Assembly: GCA_029580855.1 (NCBI GenBank)
Contig: JAKPQH010000181.1
Location: 16,897 to 80,896 of the forward strand
DNA length: 64,000 nucleotides
Source of the DNA: a bacterium
GTDB taxonomy: Bacteria; Methylomirabilota; Methylomirabilia; Methylomirabilales; 2-02-FULL-66-22
Reading direction: 5' to 3'
Shown: piece after piece, positions 17,753 through 26,797 of the stretch
Numbering within the stretch: position 1 is the first letter of the stretch
Layout: every line of letters begins with the position of its first letter
Position numbers and translations under genes: made by a program
Notes under the pieces: generated by a model
The model's database searches: none
Seen by the model: the letters and a program-made list of their open reading frames with translations, nothing else
What the model was told of the DNA's origin: nothing

Positions 17753-19126
17753 ATGGCATTTCACCGGAAGAGCGTCCTCGTCGTCGATGACGACGAGCTG
17801 GTCCTGGCGCTGGTCGAGGCCGACCTGCGCCAGGCGGGATTCGCCGTCCTGACCGCCGCCAACGGAAAGGAAGCGCTGGCGACGGCCTTGCGGGAGCCCG
17901 TGGACATTATCGTCTCCGATGTTTCCATGCCCGAGATGGACGGGCTGGAATTCTGCGAACTCATCCGGCAGAGCCCCGAGCACGTCGATATCCCCTTCAT
18001 CTTTCTGACGGCGCACGGCGGATCGGAGCAAAGGATCCGGGGCCTGCGATCCGGGGCCGACGAATACCTCGTGAAGCCCATCAACACCGCCGACCTGGTG
18101 GCGCGCGTCGAGATCCTGTATGACCGCATCCGCCGCACGCGGTCGGTGAGCACATTGAAGGGAAGCCTGCGCGACGTCGGCCTGTGCGAAGTCCTGCAAC
18201 TGTTCGAGTTGACGCGTAAGCAGGGCGTGCTCCACCTGGATGCCCCCACGGGCAAGGGTGAGCTCGCCGTCGCCGACGGCGTCCTCGCCAATGCCGCGTG
18301 GAACGACCTCCAGGGCGAGGACGCCGTGTTTCAGATGTTCACGCTGAAGTACGGCGAGTTTCGCTTCCAGCCGAAAACGGTGCCGTCGGGAAACGTCGGA
18401 CATCCCATCGGCTTGGTGCTCATGGAGATCGCGCGCTTGACCGACGAGTTGGCCACCGTCGAGGGCCACATCCCGGCGAGCGGAGTACCCCTGGTGGCGC
18501 GGCGGCCCTTCGAGGGCGAGGACGCCGACGCCCAGTCGGTTCACTTGGCGATCACGGAAGGGTGCGGCGATCTGGCGGCGGTGCAGCGCAGGCTGCGCAT
18601 ATCGGACGTGCGGCTTCGCCTCGCCGTCGGGAAGCTGGTGGAGTCGGGTTGCGTGGCCGCGGGGGGCGCGCCCCCCGCGGCCGTGCCGGCGGAGCGGTCC
18701 GAGACGGCCGGGCACAAGCCGGCCAAGCTCCTCGTCGCGTTCACGGACGAACGCGTGTTGTCCCGCTGCCTGGCGCTCATGGGGGATGTCGGGAGCCGCC
18801 CCATGCAACGAAGCGGTCTTTCCGACTTCTCTCGGGTGACGGTGTCCTCGCAGGTGTACGACGTCGTCTGTCTCCGGGGGGAAAAGCGCTTTTCGTTCAT
18901 GTGGGAACTGGCGCTCAAGACGTCGGACGGTGCGATCTTTCTCCTCGGGTCCGACGCGGACAAGGAGCATGCCGCCTTTTTCTCGGCCCGCGCCGCCTGC
19001 CTCGGGACGCCCGTGGTGCGCGTGTGCCTCGGCCGCAGCCTCGGCCGCAGCACGGGCGTGCACGCCATTACGACGCCGGACGACATGCGGCACGCGCTTT
19101 CGGCCCTGCGGCCCACGGCGCGGTGA
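17753..19126 (+). CDS. response regulator receiver - DUF4388/PATAN-like - HTH-like - degenerate MglA/CvnD-like GTPase fusion protein
   Basis: ATG at 17753 with GGGGG 7 nt upstream. Only this part of track ORF 16424..19126 looks coding. REC: VLVVDDDELV...VSDVSMPEMDG...LVKP. PATAN-like: LKGSLRDVGLCEVLQLFELTRKQGVLHL. C-terminus: RFSFMWELA...DGAIFLLG. Confidence 0.85.
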   Translation: MAFHRKSVLVVDDDELVLALVEADLRQAGFAVLTAANGKEALATALREPVDIIVSDVSMPEMDGLEFCELIRQSPEHVDIPFIFLTAHGGSEQRIRGLRSGADEYLVKPINTADLVARVEILYDRIRRTRSVSTLKGSLRDVGLCEVLQLFELTRKQGVLHLDAPTGKGELAVADGVLANAAWNDLQGEDAVFQMFTLKYGEFRFQPKTVPSGNVGHPIGLVLMEIARLTDELATVEGHIPASGVPLVARRPFEGEDADAQSVHLAITEGCGDLAAVQRRLRISDVRLRLAVGKLVESGCVAAGGAPPAAVPAERSETAGHKPAKLLVAFTDERVLSRCLALMGDVGSRPMQRSGLSDFSRVTVSSQVYDVVCLRGEKRFSFMWELALKTSDGAIFLLGSDADKEHAAFFSARAACLGTPVVRVCLGRSLGRSTGVHAITTPDDMRHALSALRPTAR

Positions 19127-19211
19127 TCGGTGGACGCGGAAAATTGAAAGGGCCGGATGGATATGCTAGGGTGGTGCCGCTCACGTCGCACCGGAATCGG
19201 GAGGGGGAAGG

Positions 19212-21020
19212 ATGTCCGTGGAAAGTCAAGCGAACCTTCGGCTGCTTTCGGGTAACGAGGCCATCGCTCGCGGCGCCTACGAGGCGGGGGTGACGGTGGC
19301 CGCGGCCTACCCGGGGACGCCCAGCACCGAGATTCTGGAATCCCTGGCGGACTACGACGGCGTCCACGCGGAGTGGGCCCCCAACGAAAAGGTGGCCGTG
19401 GAGGTGGCGCTGGGCGCGGCCATGGCCGGGGCGCGGGCGCTCGCCGCCATGAAGCACGTCGGCGTCAACGTGGCCGCGGATCCCATCTTCACCGCGTCCT
19501 ACACCGGCGTCCGGGGCGGGCTGGTCATCGTGACGGCCGACGACCCCGAGATGCACTCGTCCCAGAACGAACAGGACAACCGCCACTACGCCGTCGCCGC
19601 CAAGATCCCGATGCTGGAGCCGGCGGACTCGGCGGAGACCAAGGCGTACACGAAGCTGGCCTTCGCCCTGTCGGAGCGCTTCGACACGCCGGTCTTCCTC
19701 CGGACGACCACGCGCATCGCGCACGCCACGGGGGTGGTGCCGCTGGAAGCGGTCGAGCCGCCGCCCATCCCGCCCGGGTTCGTGGAGGAGCCGGCGAAGT
19801 GGGTGATGCTCCCCGTCAACGCCCGCCGGCGCCACGTCGTGGTGGAGGAACGGATGCGCGCGCTGCGGGGGTTCGCGGAGACGTTCGAGGGAAACCGGAT
19901 CGAGTGGGGCGACCGATCGCTGGGCGTCGTCACCGCCGGTGTCGCCTACCAGTACGTCCGCGAGGCCTTCCCGAACGCCTCGATCCTGAAGCTCGGCATG
20001 GTGCATCCGTTGCCGGACGGGCTTGTCCGCGAGTTTGCCGCGGGGGTCCAGCGGCTCGTCGTCGTGGAGGAGCTGGACCCCGTCATCGAAACGCACGTCA
20101 AGGCCATGGGCATCCGCGCCGAGGGGAAGGACCGGGTACCCCTCCTGGGAGAGCTCAACACGCGGGTCGTCCGGCAGGCCGTGAGCGGCGAGGCTCCGCC
20201 GCTGCGCGAGCCGGCGGACGTGCCCCCCCGTCCCCCCAATCTCTGCGCCGGCTGTCCCCACCGCAGCCTCTTCTTCGCGCTCAACAAGTGCAAGGTCACG
20301 GTGACCGGCGACATCGGGTGCTACACCCTGTCGGCCCTGCCGCCCCTCAAGAGCATGGACACCTGCGTGTGCATGGGCGCCTCCATCGGCAACGCCCTGG
20401 GCATCGAGAAGGCGCTGGGCCCCACGGCCCGCGGCAAGGTGGTGGCGGTCATCGGCGACTCCACCTTTGTCCATTCCGGGATCACGGGGCTCATCAACGT
20501 CGTCTACAACCGGGGCTTCTCCACGGTCATCATCCTGGACAACGGGACGACGGCCATGACCGGGGCGCAGGATCACCCCGGCACGGGCAAGACGCTGCAG
20601 GCCCAGCCGACGCACCGTCTCGACCTGGAAGCGCTCTGCCGCGCCGTGGGAGTGGAGCACGTCTACACGGTGAACCCGCACGATCAGGCGGCGACGGAGG
20701 CGCGGCTCCGGCGCGAGCTGGCGCGGGACGCGCCGTCGGTGATCATCGCGCGGGCCCCCTGCGTGCTCCTGCCCGAACACCGGGCCGAGAACCGGCCCGC
20801 CTTCGAGGTCGTGGCGGAGTTGTGCAACGGCTGCAAGGCGTGCGGCAAGCTGGGCTGCCCGGCCATCGAGTGGATCCCGCTCACACCCGAGGAAGCCGTC
20901 GCCGCCGGCAAGAAGGCCACGCAGAAGGGGATCGTGCGCATCAACCGGCTTCTCTGCGACGGCTGCAATCTCTGCCCCGACGTGTGCAAAATGCGGGGGA
21001 TCGTGGAGGTCGGGACATGA
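19212..21020 (+). CDS. iorA: indolepyruvate ferredoxin oxidoreductase subunit alpha
   Basis: 602 aa: [26 protein letters not shown], a TPP-binding region ([17 protein letters not shown]) and a C-terminal 4Fe-4S pair ([25 protein letters not shown]). Confidence 0.95.
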   Translation: MSVESQANLRLLSGNEAIARGAYEAGVTVAAAYPGTPSTEILESLADYDGVHAEWAPNEKVAVEVALGAAMAGARALAAMKHVGVNVAADPIFTASYTGVRGGLVIVTADDPEMHSSQNEQDNRHYAVAAKIPMLEPADSAETKAYTKLAFALSERFDTPVFLRTTTRIAHATGVVPLEAVEPPPIPPGFVEEPAKWVMLPVNARRRHVVVEERMRALRGFAETFEGNRIEWGDRSLGVVTAGVAYQYVREAFPNASILKLGMVHPLPDGLVREFAAGVQRLVVVEELDPVIETHVKAMGIRAEGKDRVPLLGELNTRVVRQAVSGEAPPLREPADVPPRPPNLCAGCPHRSLFFALNKCKVTVTGDIGCYTLSALPPLKSMDTCVCMGASIGNALGIEKALGPTARGKVVAVIGDSTFVHSGITGLINVVYNRGFSTVIILDNGTTAMTGAQDHPGTGKTLQAQPTHRLDLEALCRAVGVEHVYTVNPHDQAATEARLRRELARDAPSVIIARAPCVLLPEHRAENRPAFEVVAELCNGCKACGKLGCPAIEWIPLTPEEAVAAGKKATQKGIVRINRLLCDGCNLCPDVCKMRGIVEVGT

Positions 21021-21664
21021 GCCTCCTCCGCGGGGGCGTCTTTCTCGCCGGTGTGGGGGGGCAGGGGATCCTGCTAGCATCGGAGATCCTCGGCGAGGCG
21101 TTCCTGCGCAGCGGGTACGACGTGAAGAAGAGCGAGGTGCATGGGATGGCGCAACGGGGCGGGGCGGTGACCACCCACCTGCGCTTCGGTCCGCGGGTGT
21201 ACGCACCGCTCATCGAGCCGGGAACCGCCGACCTGCTGATCGCCTTCGAGAAGCTGGAGGCGCTGCGGTTCCTCCATTTCCTCAAGCCCGGCGGGACGGT
21301 CCTGGTCAACGCGCAGGAGATCCCGCCCGCGCCGGTCAGCTCCGGCCAAGCGCGGTACCCCGAGCGGATCGAGGAGCGTCTGCGCGAAGCCACGCCGGAC
21401 GTCCACGTGCTGGACGCGCTGGGGGCGGCGCTGGCGCTCCACGAGGTCCGGGCGGTGAACATGGTGATGACGGGTGCGGCCTCGCATTTTCTCCCCCTGG
21501 CGGAGGCGAAGTACCTGGAGGCCCTCGCGGCCCGGCTGCCGACCCGATTCGTCGAGGTGAACACCCGGGCGTTCCGGGCCGGCCGGGCGCTGGTCGTGCC
21601 GCCCGATGCCGGCCGGGGCGGATACGCCGACGACGGCGTTCCTGCGCATGGAGGCGACCGATGA
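21017..21664 (+). CDS. iorB: indolepyruvate ferredoxin oxidoreductase subunit beta
   Basis: The ATG overlaps the iorA stop (ATGA). [20 protein letters not shown]...[17 protein letters not shown] is the typical IorB N-terminus. Confidence 0.9.
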   Translation: MSLLRGGVFLAGVGGQGILLASEILGEAFLRSGYDVKKSEVHGMAQRGGAVTTHLRFGPRVYAPLIEPGTADLLIAFEKLEALRFLHFLKPGGTVLVNAQEIPPAPVSSGQARYPERIEERLREATPDVHVLDALGAALALHEVRAVNMVMTGAASHFLPLAEAKYLEALAARLPTRFVEVNTRAFRAGRALVVPPDAGRGGYADDGVPAHGGDR

Positions 21665-22962
21665 TCTGGAACGACGAGTTCGAAACGCTCCCCCGCGAGG
21701 CCATGGACGCGCTCCAACTCAAACGGCTTCGCGACCTGGTGGACCGGCTCGCCGCCACGGTGCCGTTCTACCGCAAGAAGCTGGGAGAGGTCGGGTACAG
21801 GCCCGGCGACATCCGCAAGCGGGAGGATCTGGCCCGTCTCCCCTTCACCACCAAGGAGGACCTCAGGGACAACTATCCGTTCGGTCTGTTCGCGGTCCCC
21901 ATGGAGCGGGTGGTGCGGATCCACGCCTCCTCCGGCACGACGGGCAAGCCCACGGTGGTCGGTTACACGCGACGGGACATCGACACCTGGTCGGAGCTCA
22001 TGGCCCGCACCCTCTCCTGCGGCGGGACCACCAGGGGGGACATCGTGCACAACGCCTACGGCTACGGCCTGTTCACGGGCGGCCTGGGGGCGCACTACGG
22101 CGCCGAGAAGATCGGGGCGGCGGTCATCCCCATGTCGGGGGGAAACACCAAGCGGCAGATCCTGATCATGAAGGATTTTGGCTCCACCATCCTGCTCAGC
22201 ACGCCGTCCTACGCCTTGAACATCGCCGAGGTGATGACGGAAGAGGGGGTCGATCCGAGCCAGCTGCGCCTGAAGTGCGGTCTGTTCGGGGCGGAGCCGT
22301 GGACCGAGGGCATGCGGCGGGAGATCGAGCGAAAACTCAACATCGGCGCCCTGGACATCTACGGGCTGTCCGAGGTCATCGGGCCGGGCGTGGCCTCGGA
22401 GTGCATCGAGGAAAAGCACGGTCTCCACGTCTTCGAAGACCACTTCATCCCCGAGATCATCGATCCCGCCACCGGCGCGGTCCTGCCGCACGGCGAGGCG
22501 GGCGAGCTGGTGTTCACGACCCTGACCAAGGAGGCGTTCCCCGTTCTCCGCTATCGCACCCGCGACATCTCGCGGCTGATTCCCGCGCCCTGCGTCTGCG
22601 GCCGCACGCTCCTCCGGATGGAGCGTATTTCCGGCCGGACCGACGACATGCTGATCATTCGGGGCGTCAACGTCTTCCCGTCCCAGATCGAGGCGGTGCT
22701 CATGGCGGTGGAGGGCGTGGAGCCGCATTACCAGCTCATCGTCTCGCGCGAGGGGACCCTGGACGTCCTGGAGGTCCAGGTGGAGGTCAACGAGTCCATC
22801 TTCACCGACAAGATCAAGGGGTTGGAACGGCTGGCGCGGCGGGTGGAGGAGGACATCAAGGACCTGCTGGGCGTGTCCTGCAAGGTGCGGCTGGTGGAGC
22901 CGAAGACGATTCAGCGGAGCGAGGGCAAGGCAAAGCGGGTGATCGACACGCGGCGGGCGTGA
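21661..22962 (+). CDS. paaK: phenylacetate-CoA ligase
   Basis: 433 aa: ...FYRKKL...[21 protein letters not shown]...[17 protein letters not shown]. The ATGA overlaps the iorB stop. Confidence 0.95.
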   Translation: MIWNDEFETLPREAMDALQLKRLRDLVDRLAATVPFYRKKLGEVGYRPGDIRKREDLARLPFTTKEDLRDNYPFGLFAVPMERVVRIHASSGTTGKPTVVGYTRRDIDTWSELMARTLSCGGTTRGDIVHNAYGYGLFTGGLGAHYGAEKIGAAVIPMSGGNTKRQILIMKDFGSTILLSTPSYALNIAEVMTEEGVDPSQLRLKCGLFGAEPWTEGMRREIERKLNIGALDIYGLSEVIGPGVASECIEEKHGLHVFEDHFIPEIIDPATGAVLPHGEAGELVFTTLTKEAFPVLRYRTRDISRLIPAPCVCGRTLLRMERISGRTDDMLIIRGVNVFPSQIEAVLMAVEGVEPHYQLIVSREGTLDVLEVQVEVNESIFTDKIKGLERLARRVEEDIKDLLGVSCKVRLVEPKTIQRSEGKAKRVIDTRRA

Positions 22963-22977
22963 GCGCGCGGCCGGCGA

Positions 22978-24264
22978 ATGCGTGACGAGCCGAGGCATCC
23001 TTCCAGCGCGCAGCCGGCCCCGGGTCCCCCGGTTCCGGGGTCCGATACGCGCCACGGGCTCACGATCCTGGCCTTGATCGTGCTGGCCGTTTTCGGATCG
23101 CTGGGTCTGGGGCGGTTCGGCTACACCAGCATCCTCCCGTCCATGCAGCTCGGGTTGGGGTTGACGAATACCCAGACCGGCGAGCTGCAGTCGTGGAATC
23201 TGTTCGGTTACCTCCTGGCCGCCGCCTTCGCCGGCATTCTCGCCACGCGGCACGGCCCGCGGATCGTCATTTCGGCGTCGCTCTTCTTGACGGCACTGGC
23301 GATGCTGCTCACCGGATTCCTGCCGACCTTTGGCGGTGCACGGGTGGGCCGATTCTTGGCGGGCATCGGCGGCGCCGGGGGCAATGTGCCGGCGATGGGC
23401 TTGGTCTCGGCCTGGTTCGGCGAAAAACGCCGGGGTCTGGCTGCCGGCGCCGCGGTCAGCGGGTCCAGCTTTGGCCTGATCGTCACGGGCCCGCTGGTGC
23501 CGGCCCTTGTGAGCCGCTACGGGGGCGAGGGCTGGCGCATCAGCTGGTACGCACTGGGCGCGATGTCCTTCGGCGCATGCATCCTCTGCACCTGGCTGCT
23601 CCGCGATCGGCCGGAGCCGCGCGGCGCGGCTCCGGCCGGCGGTCCGGTCTCGCCGCTCGCCTGGGCGTCCGTGTGGGGATCGGGCGTCTTGTGGCATCTG
23701 GCCGCCGTGTACTTTGCGTTTGGCTTTTCCTATGTCATTTACGCCACGTTTTTTATCCGACACCTGGTGGGGGAGGGCGGATTCAGTCCCGGGTCGGCGG
23801 GCCTGCTGTGGCTGCAGGTCGGCGTGGCATCCGTGGTCAGCGGCTTCATCTGGGGAGGCGTCTCCGACCGCTGGGGGCGGCGCGCCGCCCTGGTGGGCGT
23901 GTTCAGCGTGCAGGGGGCGGCGTACCTCGTGTTGGGGATGACGCGCTCGCTGCCGTGGGTGTACGTGTCCGCGGGGCTGTTTGCGGTCACCGCCTGGAGC
24001 GTTCCCGCGCTGATGGCCGCGTGCGCGGGCGATATCTTCGGCGCGCGGCTGGCGCCTGCCGCGATCGGCACGATGACGCTGGTCATGGGCATCGGCCAGG
24101 CCGTTGCTCCGTGCCTCGCGGGTCGGATCGCGGATTCCGCGCACTCGTTCGCGCCGGCGTTTCTGGTCGCCGGGGGCATCGCCGTGGTCATGGGGGCGGG
24201 GGGCTCGTGGCGGCTCGACCGCGGGCCGGCCCGGGGATTTTCCAGAGGTCGGGAGGCGGGTTGA
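22978..24264 (+). CDS. MFS transporter (YbfB/YjiJ-like)
   Basis: 428 aa and about 12 hydrophobic helices. The N-terminal region LGRFGYTSILPSMQ...TGELQSWNLFGYLLAA resembles the YbfB/YjiJ MFS subfamily. The start is uncertain. Confidence 0.85.
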   Translation: MRDEPRHPSSAQPAPGPPVPGSDTRHGLTILALIVLAVFGSLGLGRFGYTSILPSMQLGLGLTNTQTGELQSWNLFGYLLAAAFAGILATRHGPRIVISASLFLTALAMLLTGFLPTFGGARVGRFLAGIGGAGGNVPAMGLVSAWFGEKRRGLAAGAAVSGSSFGLIVTGPLVPALVSRYGGEGWRISWYALGAMSFGACILCTWLLRDRPEPRGAAPAGGPVSPLAWASVWGSGVLWHLAAVYFAFGFSYVIYATFFIRHLVGEGGFSPGSAGLLWLQVGVASVVSGFIWGGVSDRWGRRAALVGVFSVQGAAYLVLGMTRSLPWVYVSAGLFAVTAWSVPALMAACAGDIFGARLAPAAIGTMTLVMGIGQAVAPCLAGRIADSAHSFAPAFLVAGGIAVVMGAGGSWRLDRGPARGFSRGREAG

Positions 24265-24323
24265 CCGGGGGAGCAGCGCCATCGGCGGGTTGAGCGCGCG
24301 GTGGTCCGGAAGGAGGAAGCGCC

Positions 24324-24755
24324 ATGACGGTGGAGCAGATCTCGGTCTTCTTGGAGAACACGTCGGGCCGCCTTGCCGAGGTCGCGGGAGTGCTCGCCGA
24401 CGCCGGCGTCAACATCCGGGCGCTCTCGCTCGCGGACACCGCCGAGTTTGGCATCCTGCGCTTGATCGTGGATCAGAACGATCGAGCCAAGCAGGCGCTC
24501 AAGGAGGGCGGCTTCACGGTCGCAAGGACCGAGGTGGTTGCGCTGGAGGTTCCCGACCGGCCGGGCGGTCTGGCGCGGATCCTGCGGGGGCTCGACGACG
24601 CGGGGATCAACGTGGAATACATGTATGCGTTCGTCCGGCGTTCCGGCGACAACGCCATTCTCGTTGTCCGGTTCGACGAGCCCGGCAACGCCGTCGCGGC
24701 GCTGACGCGGGCGGGCGTGCGCGTCTTGCTGGGGCCGGAACTGTACGCACTCTGA
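24324..24755 (+). CDS. ACT domain-containing protein
   Basis: 143 aa with two tandem ACT-like halves (ISVFLENTSGRLAEVAGVLADAGVNI...; VALEVPDRPGGLARILRGLDDAGINVEY). Such proteins commonly follow iorAB-paaK clusters. Confidence 0.9.
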   Translation: MTVEQISVFLENTSGRLAEVAGVLADAGVNIRALSLADTAEFGILRLIVDQNDRAKQALKEGGFTVARTEVVALEVPDRPGGLARILRGLDDAGINVEYMYAFVRRSGDNAILVVRFDEPGNAVAALTRAGVRVLLGPELYAL

Positions 24756-24842
24756 CCCCACGCGCGCACCGTGAACCGCCCAGGCGTCACGATGGTCAAA
24801 CCGCACCGCGGGACATCGTCCGCCGAGACGGGCCGGATGCGG

Positions 24843-24890
24843 GCGGCGGCACGGGCCGCGGTGCGCGATCCCCCCGGCCCGTGCCGCCGC
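24843..24890. terminator. bidirectional GC-rich hairpin between convergent genes
   Basis: A perfect 16-bp inverted repeat, GCGGCGGCACGGGCCG / CGGCCCGTGCCGCCGC, with a 16-nt loop lies between the ACT gene stop and the 24924 minus-strand stop. Confidence 0.5.
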
Positions 24891-24923
24891 CACCGCACGA
24901 AACGACGTGCAGCGCGGGCGCCT

Positions 24924-25229
24924 CTAGGCCGGCGGCCGCTCGATCAGGAGTCGCGACGCCGCCTCGCTCATGACGCTGCTGAACCACTGGGCGATTTCCG
25001 CGCGCTCTTTCTTGCTGCGCTCCCGGTCGGCGTGGAGTTGGTTCACCTGGCCCCGCAGTTCGTCGCACTCGTACCGGAGCCGGTCGTTCTCCTTCTGGGC
25101 GGCATCCGCCGTCACCTTGAGTTGATCGGCGTCGTTGAGAAGCTTGACGATGATCTCGAGAATATTGCGGCCGTCCTCCATCCAGCGAATGACCTGCTCC
25201 CGTTCCGAGCCCACCGCAACGCCGTCCAT
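24924..25229 (-). CDS. small coiled-coil protein (paralogous module shared with 25585-26199)
   Basis: The ATG at 25229 is preceded by AAAGGAGGATGG. The 101-aa product is MDGVAVGSEREQVIRWMEDGRNILEIIVKLLNDADQL..., with heptad-like charged repeats. Confidence 0.65.
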   Translation of the reverse strand: MDGVAVGSEREQVIRWMEDGRNILEIIVKLLNDADQLKVTADAAQKENDRLRYECDELRGQVNQLHADRERSKKERAEIAQWFSSVMSEAASRLLIERPPA

Positions 25230-25467
25230 GTTCCATCCTCCTTTCGCCGTGGTGTCCGTGTCGCCGACCTCGCCCAGCCCTGCTGGGCGGCTGACGACGG
25301 TTCGCCCTCCATTTTCCGACGGCCGGCCGTTTGCGCTCCGGCTGAAGCGGATGGAGCTTACCCTTTGCCTCGGCACGGGTCAAGCGGTCTTCGCCCGCCG
25401 CATCCTGAGAAGCGCCGCCGTTGCGCCGCAGCGATCCCCCCGTGCCGATGGCGAATCGGGGCCCGTC

Positions 25468-25496
25468 TTGACCCCGGCAAGAGGCAGGGGTAAAGT
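25468..25496 (+). promoter_or_regulatory. candidate sigma70-type promoter (TTGACC-17-TAAAGT)
   Basis: TTGACC (25468-25473), a 17-nt spacer, then TAAAGT (25491-25496), about 90 nt upstream of the ATG at 25585. Pattern match only. Confidence 0.3.
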
Positions 25497-25584
25497 AGCG
25501 GCCGCACACGCGAAATGGCGTGAGGTCGCACCATACCTCGTCCGCGTCGGACGGTTCGTGGGCATCCGGCATAGGGAGACGGTT

Positions 25585-26199
25585 ATGATTCAATACCTCG
25601 TGGTGACGGCACGGAACCACCCCGACCTGTACGGCTATCTTCGGCGGCAATTCGCGGGCGACGAGAAGGTACGGGTCCTTCTGGACCGCCGTCACGAGGA
25701 CCGGCGACGCGAGGGCTCCCCGCGCAAACCCGATCGACGGAAAGGGGATCGGCGGGGTGGGTGGGGCAAGGACAATGGGTTGACATCCCACGGGTTCGTG
25801 ATCATCCGCCAGTTTGCCGGGGTGCAATGGCGGCCTCCGTGGTGGGGCCGCGATCCGGGCGAGGTGCGGTCGGAAATCGAGAAGCACGCCGGGTCGGCCA
25901 GGGCGAAAGCCGGCGATGCGGCGAAGGCCAGCGATGCCCGGAATCTCGTCGCCGGCTGGGTGACGGAAGGCCAGCGGCTGCTGGGCATCATCCCCAGGCT
26001 TCTGCGCGAGCACGAGCAGATCGCCGCGCGAGCCGAGGCCGCCGAGCGAAAAAGCGCGCGTTACGAAGAGGAAGTCCGGCGTCTCCGGAACGAGAACGAG
26101 CACTTCCGAAGGGAACGACGGCAGACGGCCGAGGCCCTAAAGGCACTGTCACGACAGCTGATCGAGTCGGCCGGCGAGATGCCCCCTCCGCGAAGCTAG
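25585..26199 (+). CDS. hypothetical protein: Arg-rich N-terminal DRR-motif region plus C-terminal coiled coil
   Basis: ATG at 25585 (GGGAGA upstream). The N-terminus is MIQYLVVTARNHPDLYGYLRRQFAGDEKVRVLLDRRHEDRRR...DRRKGDRR. The C-terminal ~85 aa align with the 24924-25229 product. Confidence 0.7.
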   Translation: MIQYLVVTARNHPDLYGYLRRQFAGDEKVRVLLDRRHEDRRREGSPRKPDRRKGDRRGGWGKDNGLTSHGFVIIRQFAGVQWRPPWWGRDPGEVRSEIEKHAGSARAKAGDAAKASDARNLVAGWVTEGQRLLGIIPRLLREHEQIAARAEAAERKSARYEEEVRRLRNENEHFRRERRQTAEALKALSRQLIESAGEMPPPRS

Positions 26200-26797
26200 C
26201 GGTTCGCGTGCGTCCCACACCACCCGAGCGGGCAAGCACGCGGGCCGCGGCGCAGTCGTCACGAGGGGAACGGTTACCAGGGGCGTGTTTCGGTGGGTTG
26301 TCATCGCTCCCGCAGCGTAGCGAAAATCGGCCACGCGTGCATCCGGCGGCTTGATGCACCAGGGCCGGTACTCGGTCTTGACTCGCCCGCGGCGTCCACA
26401 TCCAGCACCGTCTGAAATCGACTCCGAATCTCCTCGGCGCGGATTTCTCGGTGGCGTACGACGGCCGCCTGCGGGACGGCGTATGTCGGCCTTTGTCGGC
26501 TGTATCGTCCCACGATTTGCCGAGGATGAAGCTTGCCGCGCCCCAAGGCACGCCGCGCGGCCGACGGAAACGGGCCGCCGGGGTTTGCCAGTGTGACGTC
26601 TCGCCGCTGACAAGAGGTGTCAACCGGCCGCAACACCCCACGATACCGGACTGTGAAAGCACAGGCTAACCGGTTGATCTCCCACACCGATCAGCCATGG
26701 CGGGTGGTTCGCCCGGGAGGCTGGCACTCCGAATGCAATGAAGCGGACGTGTTGACACTGCCTCGATCGGCGAGAAGTACTGCTTCCCGCCTCGTAA

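Noticed and set aside
19021-19050. Tandem 12-mer CTCGGCCGCAGC x2
   Set aside because: It lies inside the coding sequence (LGRSLGRS) of the REC-PATAN gene and is a trivial in-frame duplication, not a repeat array.
16175-19093. 972-aa minus-strand ORF, plus the first 443 codons of the 900-aa plus-strand ORF 16424..19126
   Set aside because: Both are low-complexity Arg/Gly/Pro translations antisense to, or out of frame with, the DUF362 gene and the REC-PATAN gene. Only 17753-19126 of the plus ORF has protein-like sequence and an RBS.
20941-24282. 1113-aa minus-strand ORF, the longest in the region
   Set aside because: It is antisense to iorB, paaK and the MFS gene, all of which have unmistakable family signatures. 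The translation is compositionally biased and has no motifs.
26250-26700. Possible decayed PD-(D/E)xK / DUF559-type endonuclease gene on the minus strand (fragments ...GKLHPRQIVGRY..., ...FGVDF..., ...VLDVDAAGES..., ...DRVPALVHQAAGC.RGRF...)
   Set aside because: The fragments lie in different frames at spacings that do not fit the family's motif order (DF and the E-x-DG-like motif are too close together). I cannot support the call without a frameshift-aware search.
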